Shown piece after piece: positions 11,701 through 22,951 of a DNA stretch of 64,000 nucleotides; within the stretch, counting starts at the first letter, position 1, and every line of letters begins with the position of its first letter. Made by a program: the position numbers and the translations under genes. Source of the DNA: Thecamonas trahens ATCC 50062. Its lineage: Eukaryota; Protista; Apusomonadida. The notes under the pieces were generated by a model. That model did no database searches. It was given only the letters and a program-made list of their open reading frames with translations, and was not told the DNA's origin. The stretch lies in assembly GCF_000142905.1 (NCBI RefSeq), contig NW_013657673.1:186001-250000 (forward strand). The letters run 5' to 3'.

Positions 11701-14643
11701 GCCGCCATCACCGCCGCCGCCATCATCGCCGCCGCCATCATCGCCGCCGCCATCGCCGCCACCACCGCCACCACCGCCACCGCCATCGCCGCCACCACCG
11801 CCATCACCGCCGCCGCCATCACCGCCACCGCCATCACCGCCGCCGCCATCACCGCCGCCGCCATCACCACCGCCGCCGCCATCACCGCCGCCGCCATCAC
11901 CGCCGCCGCCATCACCACCACCGCCATCACCGCCGCCGCCATCACCGCCGCCGCCATCACCGCCACCACCGCCATCGCCGCCACCTCCGCCACCGCCCTC
12001 GCCGCCTCCCCCTCTCCCGACTGCCATCCCGATTATTGTCGACGGCGACGATCGCGATTGGACCGGAATGAGTTCGCCTTTTGTTGTGTCAAATGTTGTC
12101 GACCCGTCCAACGATGGCCGCCCGGTCGCTCCCAGTGGCGATCCGGCAATGGCCGTATTCATCGACGACGGTGCGCACGACGTGACACGAGTCCGAAGCG
12201 TGTCATCAGCAGCGGCGACAGCAACCATTGTGACTACCCGCGAGGTTCAGCCGACGGGCGGGTCATCGGCCCCGCACCTCACGATATTCTTAACGCCGGC
12301 GTCGTTGGCAGACGCACGTGCCGGATACGTCGCTGCGCCGGGACTGTATGCCGTGGCCATGATCCGCGACGGTCTTGGCTGGGTCTACGACGGCGGCAGC
12401 TTTCAGCAAGCTGGGAGTGGAGCCGATTGGATGATGGGCTGTTCAAGGTTGCAAGGATGGGCCGGCATACCGAGGTCGAAGTCCATCACGCCGCATGGGC
12501 TCACCTCATGGAGCCAGACGCCGCTGTTGCAGTCGTTGTCGAGCTTCGCTCGGACTCGGGCACCCTAGCTAACTTTGACGACGATGTGATTGACTTTGTT
12601 CCGCAGCGCGCGGCCCTCCCGCCAGTGCCGTCACCGGCCCCACAGTCATCGACACCGCACTTGGCGCTTGCGATTGATGGTATCGGCAGCGAATGGGCGA
12701 GACTGATAGAAAACCCGCCTGGCCTCCCGGTTAGGGTCGCTGCCGAGGCCGATGTGGCCAACGATGGCGTGGCTAGCTCGATCAGTGTCCGTTCCGAGCT
12801 TGAGCCGGCCAACGACTACCGCGAGGTCATTGTAGCAACCGATGACGACGCAGTGGCAGTCTTTGCCACGACACACGCGCCCACCGGCACACCGCCAACC
12901 CCGTCAGCCCGGCATGTTGTGTACATCGTCACCGACACGCCGTCGGCCGGGTACGAGCTTGCGCCTGGCATTGTCGCAGTCGCCACCATTGACGATGGCA
13001 TCGGCTACGTCTACTCGGGACCAGACGTCTCGACCGAGAGAACCTGACAGCAGCTTGCGCATCCATCGCTCCGCTATGCCGCGGTGACGTCGGGCAACAA
13101 GATGGAGGCATTCATGGCGGCCGATGTATGGGCCCATCTCGTGTCCGACTCGGCTGTCATGGACGCAGTGGTGGTACTCATCGACTCGGCCACCGGCCTT
13201 GCCGATTGGACACCCGACGCCGCTGGCTCACCGTCGAGCTCCGGGCCGCCGTCGCCGCCTCCACCGCTTTCTCCCACCGACTCCGGCCCGGTACCACACC
13301 ATGACAAGGGTAGCAACAGCAGCGCGGCCGGTGTCATTGCCGGCACTTCTGTCGCGCTCCTCCTCCTCGCCTGCTGTGTTGTTTGTGTATTGTGGATGTG
13401 GCGACGGCGCAGCGAGGCTGCCAAGGCTGGCGTACCCGTTTCGGCGTCATCAGCCAGCCTGACCAGCCGTTCAGAGTCTGCGGAGAGTGGTGAGGATGCT
13501 GCCAGCATCGAGAAGAACAACGCGACCGGAGACGCTGTCAGTGGCCGGGAAAGCAGCAGTATGTCGTCACCGCAGACGCTGCCGCGGACGCTCGCATCGT
13601 CACCGAATCAGTCACCAACCACCCGTCAGCCTCCGGAGCTGGAGCCAATCCTGAGTGACTCTACATGCGATGAGGATGCGCACGTCGAGTCGGTAAGCTG
13701 CAACGTGGTTTCGCAGTCGATGTCGCGATCTGCATCGTCAAGTGATGGCGAGGATGTATACGGCCGAAACTACGGTGCCAGCTCGATGTATAAGGCGCCG
13801 CGTGGCCTGCAGCAAGCTGATTCGTGGGCGGCGGACTCGCATGCAAGCGTGCTTGGTGCCGTTGTGCTCGGCGAGCGCAGCGACGATAACGACGACGCGT
13901 CGCTCTCACCAGGGCCGTGTATCGATGGCCCCGGCCAGATGCTACGGTATCAGTCGTCGATGTTGAATTCTGACGCGACGCTGGCGGCGTCGTCGTCGTG
14001 CGTGCAGCGGCTCTCGTCGTCGTTTACCCAGCCGCAGCCGCGCTCGTGGTCGCGAGTGTTTGAAAGCGAAAGCGAGCAGAAAGGGCAGTCTATTGCCGAT
14101 CGACGCAAGGCTGCCAAGGGCCGGCGGTCGCGGACTCAAGGCGACTCACTCCTTGCCAGCACATTGGCACGGGCGTCACAGTCGGCGACCAAGTCACCGG
14201 CACGTCTCCTGCACCACCAGTCATCCATGCTCGGCGACTCATCATCGTTCTCAAATAGCGACGACGAGGAGGACGGCCATGGCACCGGACGGCTGCGACT
14301 GACGGATACCGACCAGCACGGGTCGACATCGACGTCGCGATCGCCGTCAGCGTCGCCTTCGCCGGCGTCAACTGCGTTGCCGCTTCGTGCGGCCCGAAGC
14401 CGGTCGCGCAACCGTGGCCCCCGAAAGCTGTCTCACAGATGGGACTCGTCAATCATCGGCTCGACGCTCTTCCACAACATCTCCGAGATTGACAACGAAT
14501 CGAGCACGCCGAGAGCTGACAGCGCAGCCAGCGACGACGGCGGCACGAGCCATCCCGAACGCCACGCCCGGTCCTCACACAGTGGCGACAGCGGCTCTGA
14601 TTGGAATTGTGACGACACAGACGACCGTGCTGACAGTGAGTAG
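5797..14643 (+). CDS. Giant type-I membrane protein: signal peptide, GH114/PelA-like glycoside hydrolase barrel, CARDB domains, Cys-rich repeats, 3 CBM9/DOMON-like repeats, SPPPP stalk, TM helix, Ser-rich tail
   Basis: Five ORF pieces chain via -1 shifts at about 9376, 10110 and 12430 and one in-frame TGA (13045-13047). Motifs YDLVICHP, VIGYISVGED, DGKPDQNTEWGGLYVNPGDPLW, MDGLFLDT; PDFVV...VPEADETNN; repeated xxVDGxxxEW/DW modules; TM GVIAGTSVALLLLACCVVCVLWMWRRR. Confidence 0.75.
11401..12015 (+). repeat. Coding tandem repeat encoding ~200 aa of Ser-Pro4/5 (extensin-like)
   Basis: (CCGCCGCCATCG/CCACCACCATCA)n translated as SPPPP in the frame of ORF 10184-12568. Confidence 0.95.
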
Positions 14644-14857
14644 CACTCTGATTGCCAGCTGTAGGCGGGGCACTGAACGCCGTCGAGTACACTCGCACTG
14701 ATCGGCCTCAGGGGTCATGGCGCTTTGCTTCTGCGTGTTGTCGCCCACAAAACGAAAGGTAAAGGCCAAACCGCCAAAGGGACCTGCCCCCCCTGCCACC
14801 AGGCCAGGCCAGGCCAAGCCGGTCAGACATACTCAACTCGCACACCTCCAGAGGAGC

Positions 14858-15568
14858 ATGTCTGTTGTACGAACGTCCACAGGCGGGGCCAAGGTCAAGT
14901 CGACGTCGACCGAGTGGTCCGGAGAGTGGGAGGAGCAGGCGTTTGTGAGCGGGCCTGGCGTGGTCATCGAGGGCAACGTGACGCAGGTGCGGTACCATTC
15001 GGTCTCGGACGCGCGGGACGTGCATCGGTACATGGCGGTGCGGATCAAGGTGACCATGGCTCGGAAGCGCAACATCGACGAGCACGGCATCGAGCACGAG
15101 CCGCGCATGGTCGGCATGAAGCGGCTGCGGACCGGATACCTCTCGTACAAGAAGGTCGATCCGAAGGATCCGGACGCCGTCCTGCCCGACGAGCTGTCCA
15201 AGCTGCTGGGCTCTGAGGAGGCCGGCACGTCGATGCCGCCCGAGGTCTACCCGCCGGCGCTTGAGCATGTTCATCCGACCGTCGAAGGCGTGTTTGAGCT
15301 GTGGGGTGAGTCAGACATGATGCGCCCGCTCGATCTGCGGCCCGAAGACGAGCTGCGGATTCGGACAAAGGGCAACTCGATGTTCATCGAGTCTATTGCC
15401 CGCACAACCGACTCTTCCTTCCAGAACTACTCGGGCGGCCAGGTGCTCGATGGGTGGGCGTCCAAGATCAAACCCGGCGGCTTTGGCGACAACGAGCCGC
15501 TGCCCGGCGAGGACAAGGAGGGCATCGACTCGGACGAGTGGGACAACGACGACGACTCGGACTGGTGA
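14858..15568 (+). CDS. ARPIN: Arpin (Arp2/3 complex inhibitor) homolog
   Basis: GPGVVIEGNV, RYHSVSD, EHEPR...TGYL, LRIRTKGNSMFIESIA and an acidic C-terminus with Trp (DSDEWDNDDDSDW) parallel animal Arpin (GNGVLLEGEL, EIEPNF...TGFL, VRLKTRGDGPFLDSLA, EDEEWDD). Confidence 0.85.
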   Translation: MSVVRTSTGGAKVKSTSTEWSGEWEEQAFVSGPGVVIEGNVTQVRYHSVSDARDVHRYMAVRIKVTMARKRNIDEHGIEHEPRMVGMKRLRTGYLSYKKVDPKDPDAVLPDELSKLLGSEEAGTSMPPEVYPPALEHVHPTVEGVFELWGESDMMRPLDLRPEDELRIRTKGNSMFIESIARTTDSSFQNYSGGQVLDGWASKIKPGGFGDNEPLPGEDKEGIDSDEWDNDDDSDW

Positions 15569-15811
15569 CATCAACGCCAAGCTTGCTTTCTCGAGTTGTG
15601 ATGCATAGCGTTGTAGATGTAAAGACAGACCAGACCACCGACCATGTGTCGCATTGACGGCGGCTGTGGGGCGTCGGTTCGCGCCATTTTTGCATTGTTG
15701 TTTGGCGCCAAATCCACGTCTCCTCCTCCCTCCCTCCTGCCCCCACCTCCCCACCCTGCCCGCCACGGCCTGCTGACTCAGACCTCTCTACTTCTTCACG
15801 AGAGGCCCGAC

Positions 15812-18800
15812 ATGGAGACACTGGCGCGGTTCCTGGCGTCGTCGCCGACGCTACCGCTCACCACCATTCCTCTGGCCGAGGTACCGGCTGTGTGGCACAC
15901 AGCGCTCCACCACGACGACAACGTGGCGCTGGTGCCGCCGGCCGAGTCTGGCGCGGACGCTGGAGCGCTCTCACTGTTCCTCACCTTTGATCTTGCGGTG
16001 GCCGACGTGAGCGCAACTGACGTCGCTTTTCTCGCCTCGCGGCTCCACGCCCTAGCCCCGGGCGATCGTCCGTGCTTTGCCCTCCTTGACGTCGGCGGCA
16101 TCCACCCCAAGGTTGTGGCGCTCCTCGCCATGCGCGCCTTTGCGCACGCCCAGGCCGAGGACAACGCCCAGGCTGCGCTCACCGCTGGAGCTCTGTACCT
16201 GGCGCTGCTCTCGCTTGCCGATGCACCGGTTTATTCCGTCTTCCACCCGTTCTTCTTCCGTGCTGTCGTCAACGCCTTCCGCTCGGCCCTCACGCCTGCC
16301 GACCCGGCTGCCGCCGTCCTAACCGACGTCGTCCTTCCGGGCACCAAGCGAAAGGCTTCCGGTGACGATACGCGGCCGGCGTCGCGGTCGCGGCGGGCTA
16401 AGACCTCGAGTCGCGCCCGTGCCGCCGCACTCGCGGCGGATCCGGCTGCTGGCGTCGGCGCGCCGTCGTCACCGAGCTACGCCGAGAGCGCACATCTGGC
16501 GTCGATCCCGGAGCTGCTGTCGACGACTGCAGCACTGCTGGTTGATGTTCTCGCCAACTTTCCGCTTGTCAACGAGTACCAAGACGCACTGCTGCACCTT
16601 GTCGACGTGGCGGTCCTCTTTTCGCAGTGCCACGCCTCGCTCGCGGTTGTCGACTTTGGCCTCAGACTGCTGTCTGCCGTGGCGAGTGCCGCCTTTGCTG
16701 CCGATGCCAAGCGAGCCCAGGCCGATGCGGCGCTGGCGGCGGCCAAAGCCGCATCCGAGGCCGAAGTTGCGCCGGCATCTCCAGGCCGCGCACCCGAGGA
16801 TGTTCCCGACCCGGACGCCGAGCCAGAGCCGTCGGCACTGGCGAGTCTGGACAAGACACCGCCGCTGACCGGCATCGACCTTGTGTCGCGGATGTGGAAG
16901 GCGCTGGTGCCGAACCTGGTCATGTCTTCGGTGGCGTCGCTCACGCTGCGATCGACGACGCCCCCAAAGGCGCTGCAGCATATCCGGACGGCCGCACTGG
17001 CCTTTGTACTTGAGTCGACGGCGCTTGTCGAGCAGCAGTCCGCGCTCGACGCCCGGCTCTATGCTCTCGTTCAGCACGCCGCCCTAGGCGTTCCCGACCG
17101 CGCGGCGTACATTGACTCGGCGACGAAAGTGTGTGGCGAGCTGGCGCGGGCGGCGTCGCCGGACGGCCTAGGCCGGACGTTTGGCTTTGTCACGACGCTT
17201 ATGCGCAACAGCAAGGTGGCACTGCGATTCTTTGCGGCGTCGCTGGCCGCCGAGCTTCTCACCCACCGACTGCCTGCCGCCAAGAGTGTGGCGGATGCTG
17301 CCCATGAGCTGACTGCTGCCCTTTATGCGCGCGTTGGAGACAAGTCGGCCCGGGTCCGCGGGCGGGCCCTCGCCGGCCTTGCCGCCATCCTCAAGGCCCA
17401 CAATGACGGGACTGAAGCGACGGGCGCAGCTCACGCACTGTTTGGCCTCACCCGCGGCGACGCCAATGCCCGTGTCCTTGCTAGGGCACTGGGCAAGCTC
17501 GAGCGGCGGCAGCGCGATACCGGGGCGGGCGTCCGCAAGGCCGCGCTGGTGGTGCTCTGCGAGTTGGCACGGGCAGTGGGCAATGCCGGCGTGCCGGCTA
17601 CTGCAATGGCAAGCGTTTACGAAGCTGTCTCGCGTGGTACGCTCGACCCGTCGCCGATGGTGCGCAAGCAGGCGATGAACTCGCTGACCGAGGCGCTGAC
17701 GTCAGCGCACGCACCGGCGGCACTGCGCAAGGTCTGGGCCACCGCCGTCCTGCCGGGCGTGCTGGATCCAGAGGCCGCAGTGTCGAGCAAGGCACTCGCC
17801 CTCTTTGATACGCTTGTCATCCAGCCGCTGTTGGCGTACGAGGGCGGAGACGGGGCCAACGAGGCTCAGCTGAGCGATGTGTGGATGCTGCTTGCAGCTG
17901 TGCCGGCATCGTACACCAAGTACATTGAGGCCGGGTTCAGGGTCATGGCGGCGAGCGGCGGTGGGTCGCTGGATCCTGCCATCGGGCTTGGACTGCAGCG
18001 GTTTATCCGCGCACACGCGAGCGCCAAGGTGCCTGCTGGCCAACTGGCGTGCGCGGAAGCATGGATGCTCCTTGCCGAGTACGCACAGCACGCGCAGGCG
18101 GCCGGCTTTGATGCCAGCCTCCTTTCGGGCGCGTGGCTGTCGGCGTTTGGGCCCGGCGGCGAGGCCGCGCACCAGATGTTGCTGCTGCGAGTCCTGGTTG
18201 GATATGCGGGCGCGTTGACCGACGAGGCCGAGCTGCGGTCACTGGCCAACTCGCTTCTTGCGGTGGTAGGCACGCTCGATGCGCCCGAGGTGGCGTCACT
18301 CGCGCTCTCTGCGCTGTACGCGCTCGAAGCCAATCCGGCGCAGACCTCGCTGCGCGGTTCGGGCTGGGCGGACTCGCTGATGTCGCAAGTTGATGCAGCG
18401 GTGGCGTCGAGCGTGCAAAGTGGCGACGGCGAGACTCTGGCGACGCCGCTGTTTATGCTTGGCGAGCTGGCGACGTGTGGAGTCGAGCTTCCGGCGCGGG
18501 CTGTGACGTCTGTGCAGGCTCTGGTAGCGCGGGAGACGACGGGCAAGCTCCGTGCCCTCGCGTTTATCACGCTCGGCAAGCTCTGTCTGGCCGACGAGGC
18601 GCTTGCCCGCGAGTGCGTGCCAGCCTTTGGGCGCGAGCTGTCGACGGCTACCGAGGCTGCAGTGCGGTCGAATGTGGCTGTGGTGATGGGTGATCTGTGT
18701 GTGCGGTACACAGGGGTAGTGGAGGCGTACGTGCCGCAGCTCGCGCAGCTCATCCGCGATCCAGTGGCGCTTGTGCGGAAGCACGCGCTGACGCTGCTGA

Positions 18801-19996
18801 CTCGGCTTCTGCAGGAGGACTACATCAAGTGGCGTGGCCCGCTGGTCTTCCGGTTCATGGCTGCGTTGGCCGACGCGACGCCTGCGGTGGCGCAGTTTGC
18901 CGAGTACTGTCTCACCAAGGTGCTGCTGCTACGGTACCCGCTTGTAGTGGCCAACAACTTTGTCGAGGCGCTGTTTGTCCTCAATGGGTGCACCGAGCAC
19001 GGGACGTTCAACAACTTTGAGGGGCGGCCCGAGGAGGCTGCAGCATTTGTCATCACCGGCGTCAGCGGCGCGGCAGCGGAGGCACGGTGGCGGGTGTACG
19101 CACCGCTGCTGCGGTCGCTGACCGACGAGCAAAAGTTTGCGCTGACCTGCTCGCTCACTTCCGACGTGCTGGCCGCGTTTGTCGACGGCGAGCTCGCGGT
19201 TCCGGGCGCACAGGTGAGCGCCGGCGCTGGTGAAGCTCGTGCCGGCGTCCTCCGTGACACGCTAATCATTCTGGCATCGGATGAGATTGCCATCTCATCC
19301 GCAAACGGCGCTGGCGTCGACTCAGCGAGCGAGGCACTTGCCGCCGCCAAGGCGAGTGTCCTCTCCAAGGTCCTGCACAAGAACGTACTGGAGAACGTGG
19401 TGCCTGTGGCGGTCGCGCTCAAGCGTGCAGTCGAGGAGGCGCGCTCGCCGCTGGCGGCCGAGGTCATGGCCTGGATCCGCGCCCTGGTCGCTGGCTACCC
19501 GGACGAGATTGCCGAGATGTTTGTGGCCGACAAGCGGCTGGCGGCGGAGATCGAGTACGATTTGCGGGTGTACGAGGCGCAGCAGGCCGAGCGCGACCGG
19601 CTTGCCGCTGCGTCGGTCACTGCAAGCACGCTGCCAGCGATGGATGATGTCGAGAAGACCCCGGTCAAGTCCGGCATGGCAGCTGCGCCGCAAACGCCCA
19701 GCACGGCCGCGGTGCGCACTCCGTCGGTCCGTGCAACACCGCGCCGCACGCCGGCTCGCTCGACAACCACGGCTGCCCCGGCCGTGACGCCTGCCCGCGT
19801 TGCGCCGGCTCTCGATGGCTCGCCGGTCCTCATGCTGATGTCGCCGGAGACGCCGCCGGTTCCGACCCGCAAGTGGAAGCCAGCACCGACTGTCGCTGCC
19901 GCCGCCGAGGCGCTCAACGCTCCCACCGCCCCCAAATCACCGCGCGTCGCCGAGGCCTTTGTCGTTTCGTCGATGGAAGAGGCGGAGCTGGTGTGA
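15812..19996 (+). CDS. NCAPD3: Condensin II complex subunit D3 (HEAT repeats, Cnd1 domain)
   Basis: ~1394 aa. AFITLGKLCL, VRSNVAVVMGDLCVRYT, LLQEDYIKWRG, NFVEALFVLN, ENVVPVAVALK, DKRLAAEIEYDL are CAP-D3 hallmarks. Confidence 0.9.
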   Translation: METLARFLASSPTLPLTTIPLAEVPAVWHTALHHDDNVALVPPAESGADAGALSLFLTFDLAVADVSATDVAFLASRLHALAPGDRPCFALLDVGGIHPKVVALLAMRAFAHAQAEDNAQAALTAGALYLALLSLADAPVYSVFHPFFFRAVVNAFRSALTPADPAAAVLTDVVLPGTKRKASGDDTRPASRSRRAKTSSRARAAALAADPAAGVGAPSSPSYAESAHLASIPELLSTTAALLVDVLANFPLVNEYQDALLHLVDVAVLFSQCHASLAVVDFGLRLLSAVASAAFAADAKRAQADAALAAAKAASEAEVAPASPGRAPEDVPDPDAEPEPSALASLDKTPPLTGIDLVSRMWKALVPNLVMSSVASLTLRSTTPPKALQHIRTAALAFVLESTALVEQQSALDARLYALVQHAALGVPDRAAYIDSATKVCGELARAASPDGLGRTFGFVTTLMRNSKVALRFFAASLAAELLTHRLPAAKSVADAAHELTAALYARVGDKSARVRGRALAGLAAILKAHNDGTEATGAAHALFGLTRGDANARVLARALGKLERRQRDTGAGVRKAALVVLCELARAVGNAGVPATAMASVYEAVSRGTLDPSPMVRKQAMNSLTEALTSAHAPAALRKVWATAVLPGVLDPEAAVSSKALALFDTLVIQPLLAYEGGDGANEAQLSDVWMLLAAVPASYTKYIEAGFRVMAASGGGSLDPAIGLGLQRFIRAHASAKVPAGQLACAEAWMLLAEYAQHAQAAGFDASLLSGAWLSAFGPGGEAAHQMLLLRVLVGYAGALTDEAELRSLANSLLAVVGTLDAPEVASLALSALYALEANPAQTSLRGSGWADSLMSQVDAAVASSVQSGDGETLATPLFMLGELATCGVELPARAVTSVQALVARETTGKLRALAFITLGKLCLADEALARECVPAFGRELSTATEAAVRSNVAVVMGDLCVRYTGVVEAYVPQLAQLIRDPVALVRKHALTLLTRLLQEDYIKWRGPLVFRFMAALADATPAVAQFAEYCLTKVLLLRYPLVVANNFVEALFVLNGCTEHGTFNNFEGRPEEAAAFVITGVSGAAAEARWRVYAPLLRSLTDEQKFALTCSLTSDVLAAFVDGELAVPGAQVSAGAGEARAGVLRDTLIILASDEIAISSANGAGVDSASEALAAAKASVLSKVLHKNVLENVVPVAVALKRAVEEARSPLAAEVMAWIRALVAGYPDEIAEMFVADKRLAAEIEYDLRVYEAQQAERDRLAAASVTASTLPAMDDVEKTPVKSGMAAAPQTPSTAAVRTPSVRATPRRTPARSTTTAAPAVTPARVAPALDGSPVLMLMSPETPPVPTRKWKPAPTVAAAAEALNAPTAPKSPRVAEAFVVSSMEEAELV

Positions 19997-20199
19997 AGCG
20001 CCGAACAGGGTGCATCGGCCGAGGCGTGTGGTCAGTCGTGCGGGACCATGTAATTGAAAGGAGGTCACAGCCCAATGGGGAGGGGAGGGGCAGTGGCGCC
20101 CAACCGCACCCCAGCAACCCGGCCCACCACCACCGCCACCACCCCTCACCACTCGGACACACCTCTCTTTCGGAGCACTGAAGCGCCAACTGTAGAACG

Positions 20200-20886
20200 A
20201 TGCTTCGTGTTGCCAGTGCATCCCTCCGTGCTTCGGCCTCGCTGACCTCGCTGCGCACCTTTGCCGCCGCTGCCCTCCCGCGGGCTGCCGCCCACAAGGC
20301 CCAGGCCGTGGCTGCCGACAAGGCGCCGGCGACTCCTGCTGCCAGCGTCAAGCCGGCCACTGACGTCCCTGTCGAGGTATGCCCCCCCCCCCCTCCTTGC
20401 CGCAATATCCTCCATTGGCATGACTTCCTCACCCCCCTCCCCCCTCCCCCTCTCCCTACCCCGTCCCCTTCCCCCCCGCCCCCTCCCCGCCCTGCCCAGA
20501 TCGTGATCAACCCCCTCTCCCTTCCCAGCAATGTCCGCCAGCGCAAGGTTTACATCTTCAAGCCCGCGCGGGTTGCCACCCAGCAGGGGTGGAAGGGCCG
20601 TGAGACGTGGAAGATCGACTGGGAGCAGGAGACGCGCTGGAAGAACCCGCTCATGGGCTGGAACTCGTCGGCTGATCCCGTCGGCCAGGCCCAGGTCGAG
20701 TTCCCCACACGCGAGGCGGCCATCAAGTTTGCTGTCGAGCAGGGCTGGACGTATGTTGTCAAGAAGACCCACGTGCCCAAGGCCGTCGCAAAGTCGTACG
20801 CCACCAACTTTGAGTACAAGTGGCCGCGCGACATCCGCCCCAAGCGCCAGCCGCTCGCCCGCACCGAGAAGCCCTCGTCGGCCTAA
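20200..20886 (+). CDS. NDUFS4: NADH:ubiquinone oxidoreductase subunit NDUFS4; intron 20377-20499
   Basis: Mitochondrial-type presequence; RKVYIFKPARVATQQG, WKNPLMGWNSSADP, KSYATNF. The 123-nt GTATGC...CCCAG intron is in frame and stop-free. Confidence 0.93.
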   Translation: MLRVASASLRASASLTSLRTFAAAALPRAAAHKAQAVAADKAPATPAASVKPATDVPVEVCPPPPPCRNILHWHDFLTPLPPPPLPTPSPSPPPPPRPAQIVINPLSLPSNVRQRKVYIFKPARVATQQGWKGRETWKIDWEQETRWKNPLMGWNSSADPVGQAQVEFPTREAAIKFAVEQGWTYVVKKTHVPKAVAKSYATNFEYKWPRDIRPKRQPLARTEKPSSA

Positions 20887-20917
20887 TTGAGCCCGCCTTA
20901 AAGCCATTCTTGGTTTA

Positions 20918-22951
20918 CTACACAGAGAGCAGTACCGTAGACGACGTGTACCCGCCTGACTCGTCAGATCCGTCCCACGCCTCGAGCTCGCCCGACTCGT
21001 CGCTAAAGTGCGGTGGAGCCGGGCGGGATAGGATCGGCGCGGGCGTGTGCATCGAGCCAGATGCCGACCGGCTGTCGCCGGTCCGCAGCGCGCGCGCAAC
21101 CATTCGCGCCACCGCTGAGAGAGGCGGCGAGAGCGGTGAAAAGTACCGCGCCGAAGCTTCCCGGTCCGCTCTCGACAGCGTGCGCCGCGCCGCCAGTGCC
21201 TGTTCGAGCTCCGACATAAGCGGCGTGGCAAACTGCGGCCGATGCCGGGCCGGGCTCGCCGGGCTCGCCGTCTTGAGCTTGGCTCGCTGCCGCAGCAGCG
21301 CCACTGGCGTGGCGGGCTGCAGCACACCGGGGGCGTCTGAGAGCCAGTCCGACTCGGGGCCTGATCCCTCCGACGCCCACACCGACGACGGCTCGTCGCC
21401 GCCGAAAATGTCAACACCCAAAGCAGCGCGCTGGGTGCTAGGTGCCCGCTGACACTTGAGCGTAGTGGTCTCGATGACCGCTGCCACCGTGCCGATGATC
21501 GAGACGCCGATCTGCAGCGCCACTGCGCACTGAACCACCGCGCCGTACGAGGCCTGCGACGTGCGCGTCAGCCGCGCCACGCTCGACCCATCATGTGCTC
21601 CGATGGCGGCAACCATCAGCGCCGCCATTAGCAGCGAGTTGATGATCGATACTGCCGTCTCACGCCGCCGCTTGTACGGCCGGACTGCGGCCACGGCTGC
21701 GAGCGAGAGGAGACCAACAGCTGCAAGCGCCGCATGTCCCCAGGCACGAGACGCCCCACGGCCTGCAATTGGAAGCACAGCGCCGAGCATGTACACCCCC
21801 ATCGCGTGAGCGGACCCCACCACCGCGCCCGATGGTGCCAATACATGACGCCCATCACAGCTCGGTACCGACCGATGAGCCGGCCGTCGAGCTGCGAGTT
21901 CAGCCGCGACCAGACCGCAATGTGAAATGTGTGGTAGAGCGGAAGCGAAATGAGGAGCACGACTAGAGCTACACCCGAGCTCACCACAATCGTTAGGTAC
22001 TGGCCTTGCCCACTGCTCATGTCGCCAGGACCGGAGAGTTGGCGCCCGGCGAGCCGCAGCGAGCACCACAGGCTCGGAAACCGGAGCGAGGCACCACCAG
22101 CGAGCCCGTTGCTGCAGTGCACGGCATCAGCAGCGTTGAGGGTGAGCGGGAGGAGGAAGATGTCACCGAGGGCGAGCAGGCCGCGGAATAGCGCGGCGGC
22201 CCCTCGGGGCGCGCCAAACGTCCGCGGCCTGCTTCCGGCACACGCCGCAACAATCGCCGTGCCGATTCGCCCCACCAAGTATGCTCCTACCATCGGCATA
22301 AGCGTCATCCCAAGGTGCTCGACCCATACCGGCGGCGGCGGCCAGCCCGCGGCGTCGGGGCACTCGCTGCGATGCTCCCACAGGACATGCGGCTGAAGCA
22401 TGACACCCGCAATCAGAGCCTGGAATCCAGGCACAGAGCCACCTATCCGTCCCACCGCATCTGGTGCCAACCGCTGGGCCACACCGATGTACTGCGCGCC
22501 ACGGACTGCGCCGGTCCACGTAGCCAGCGCCGCCGCCATGCGCGAAGCCGTGTGCGCCCGCGGCTGCCACACCGCCGCCAGAACCACTACCACCATTACA
22601 GACAGCACCGTCGGCGCGAGAAACAGCACAGTCCGCGCAACCGAGTGCGTTGCGCATGCTGTGGATGGATGCCGTGGCTGTCGTGAGTCAGAGAGGGGGG
22701 GGGGGGGGGGAGGAGGGGAGGGGGGGGTCTGGGTCTGGCAGGAGCGGTCGTGTTTTGGCGCGCACAGGCAGCACCGCGCCACTCGGCGCCCACCAAGCCG
22801 TACCTACACACGCCCCGTTGGCGTAGTACGTCCCCGGTTCACCAGCACAAAGCTGCTGGTGTGCAGCCAAAGCCTTGTCATCAACTGCTACTGCAGCCGC
22901 GGCCACAACAAGCACCGCCACCATCACCAGTTGCCGTCCAGCGGTGCGCAT
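20918..22951 (-). CDS. Signal peptide + short Cys-rich motif + multi-pass (~7-8 TM) membrane protein; intron 22659-22803, -1 frameshift near 21815
   Basis: Spliced N-terminus MRTAGRQLVMVAVLVV...CAGEPGTYYANGACVACAT. TM region includes AVHC...SLWC and VRPYKRRRE, like the C-terminal domain of the 23318-30540 gene. Confidence 0.65.

Noticed and set aside
11136-12228. Poly-Gly/Asp, poly-Ala and His/Arg ORFs
   Set aside because: Alternative-frame and antisense shadows of the SPPPP repeat.
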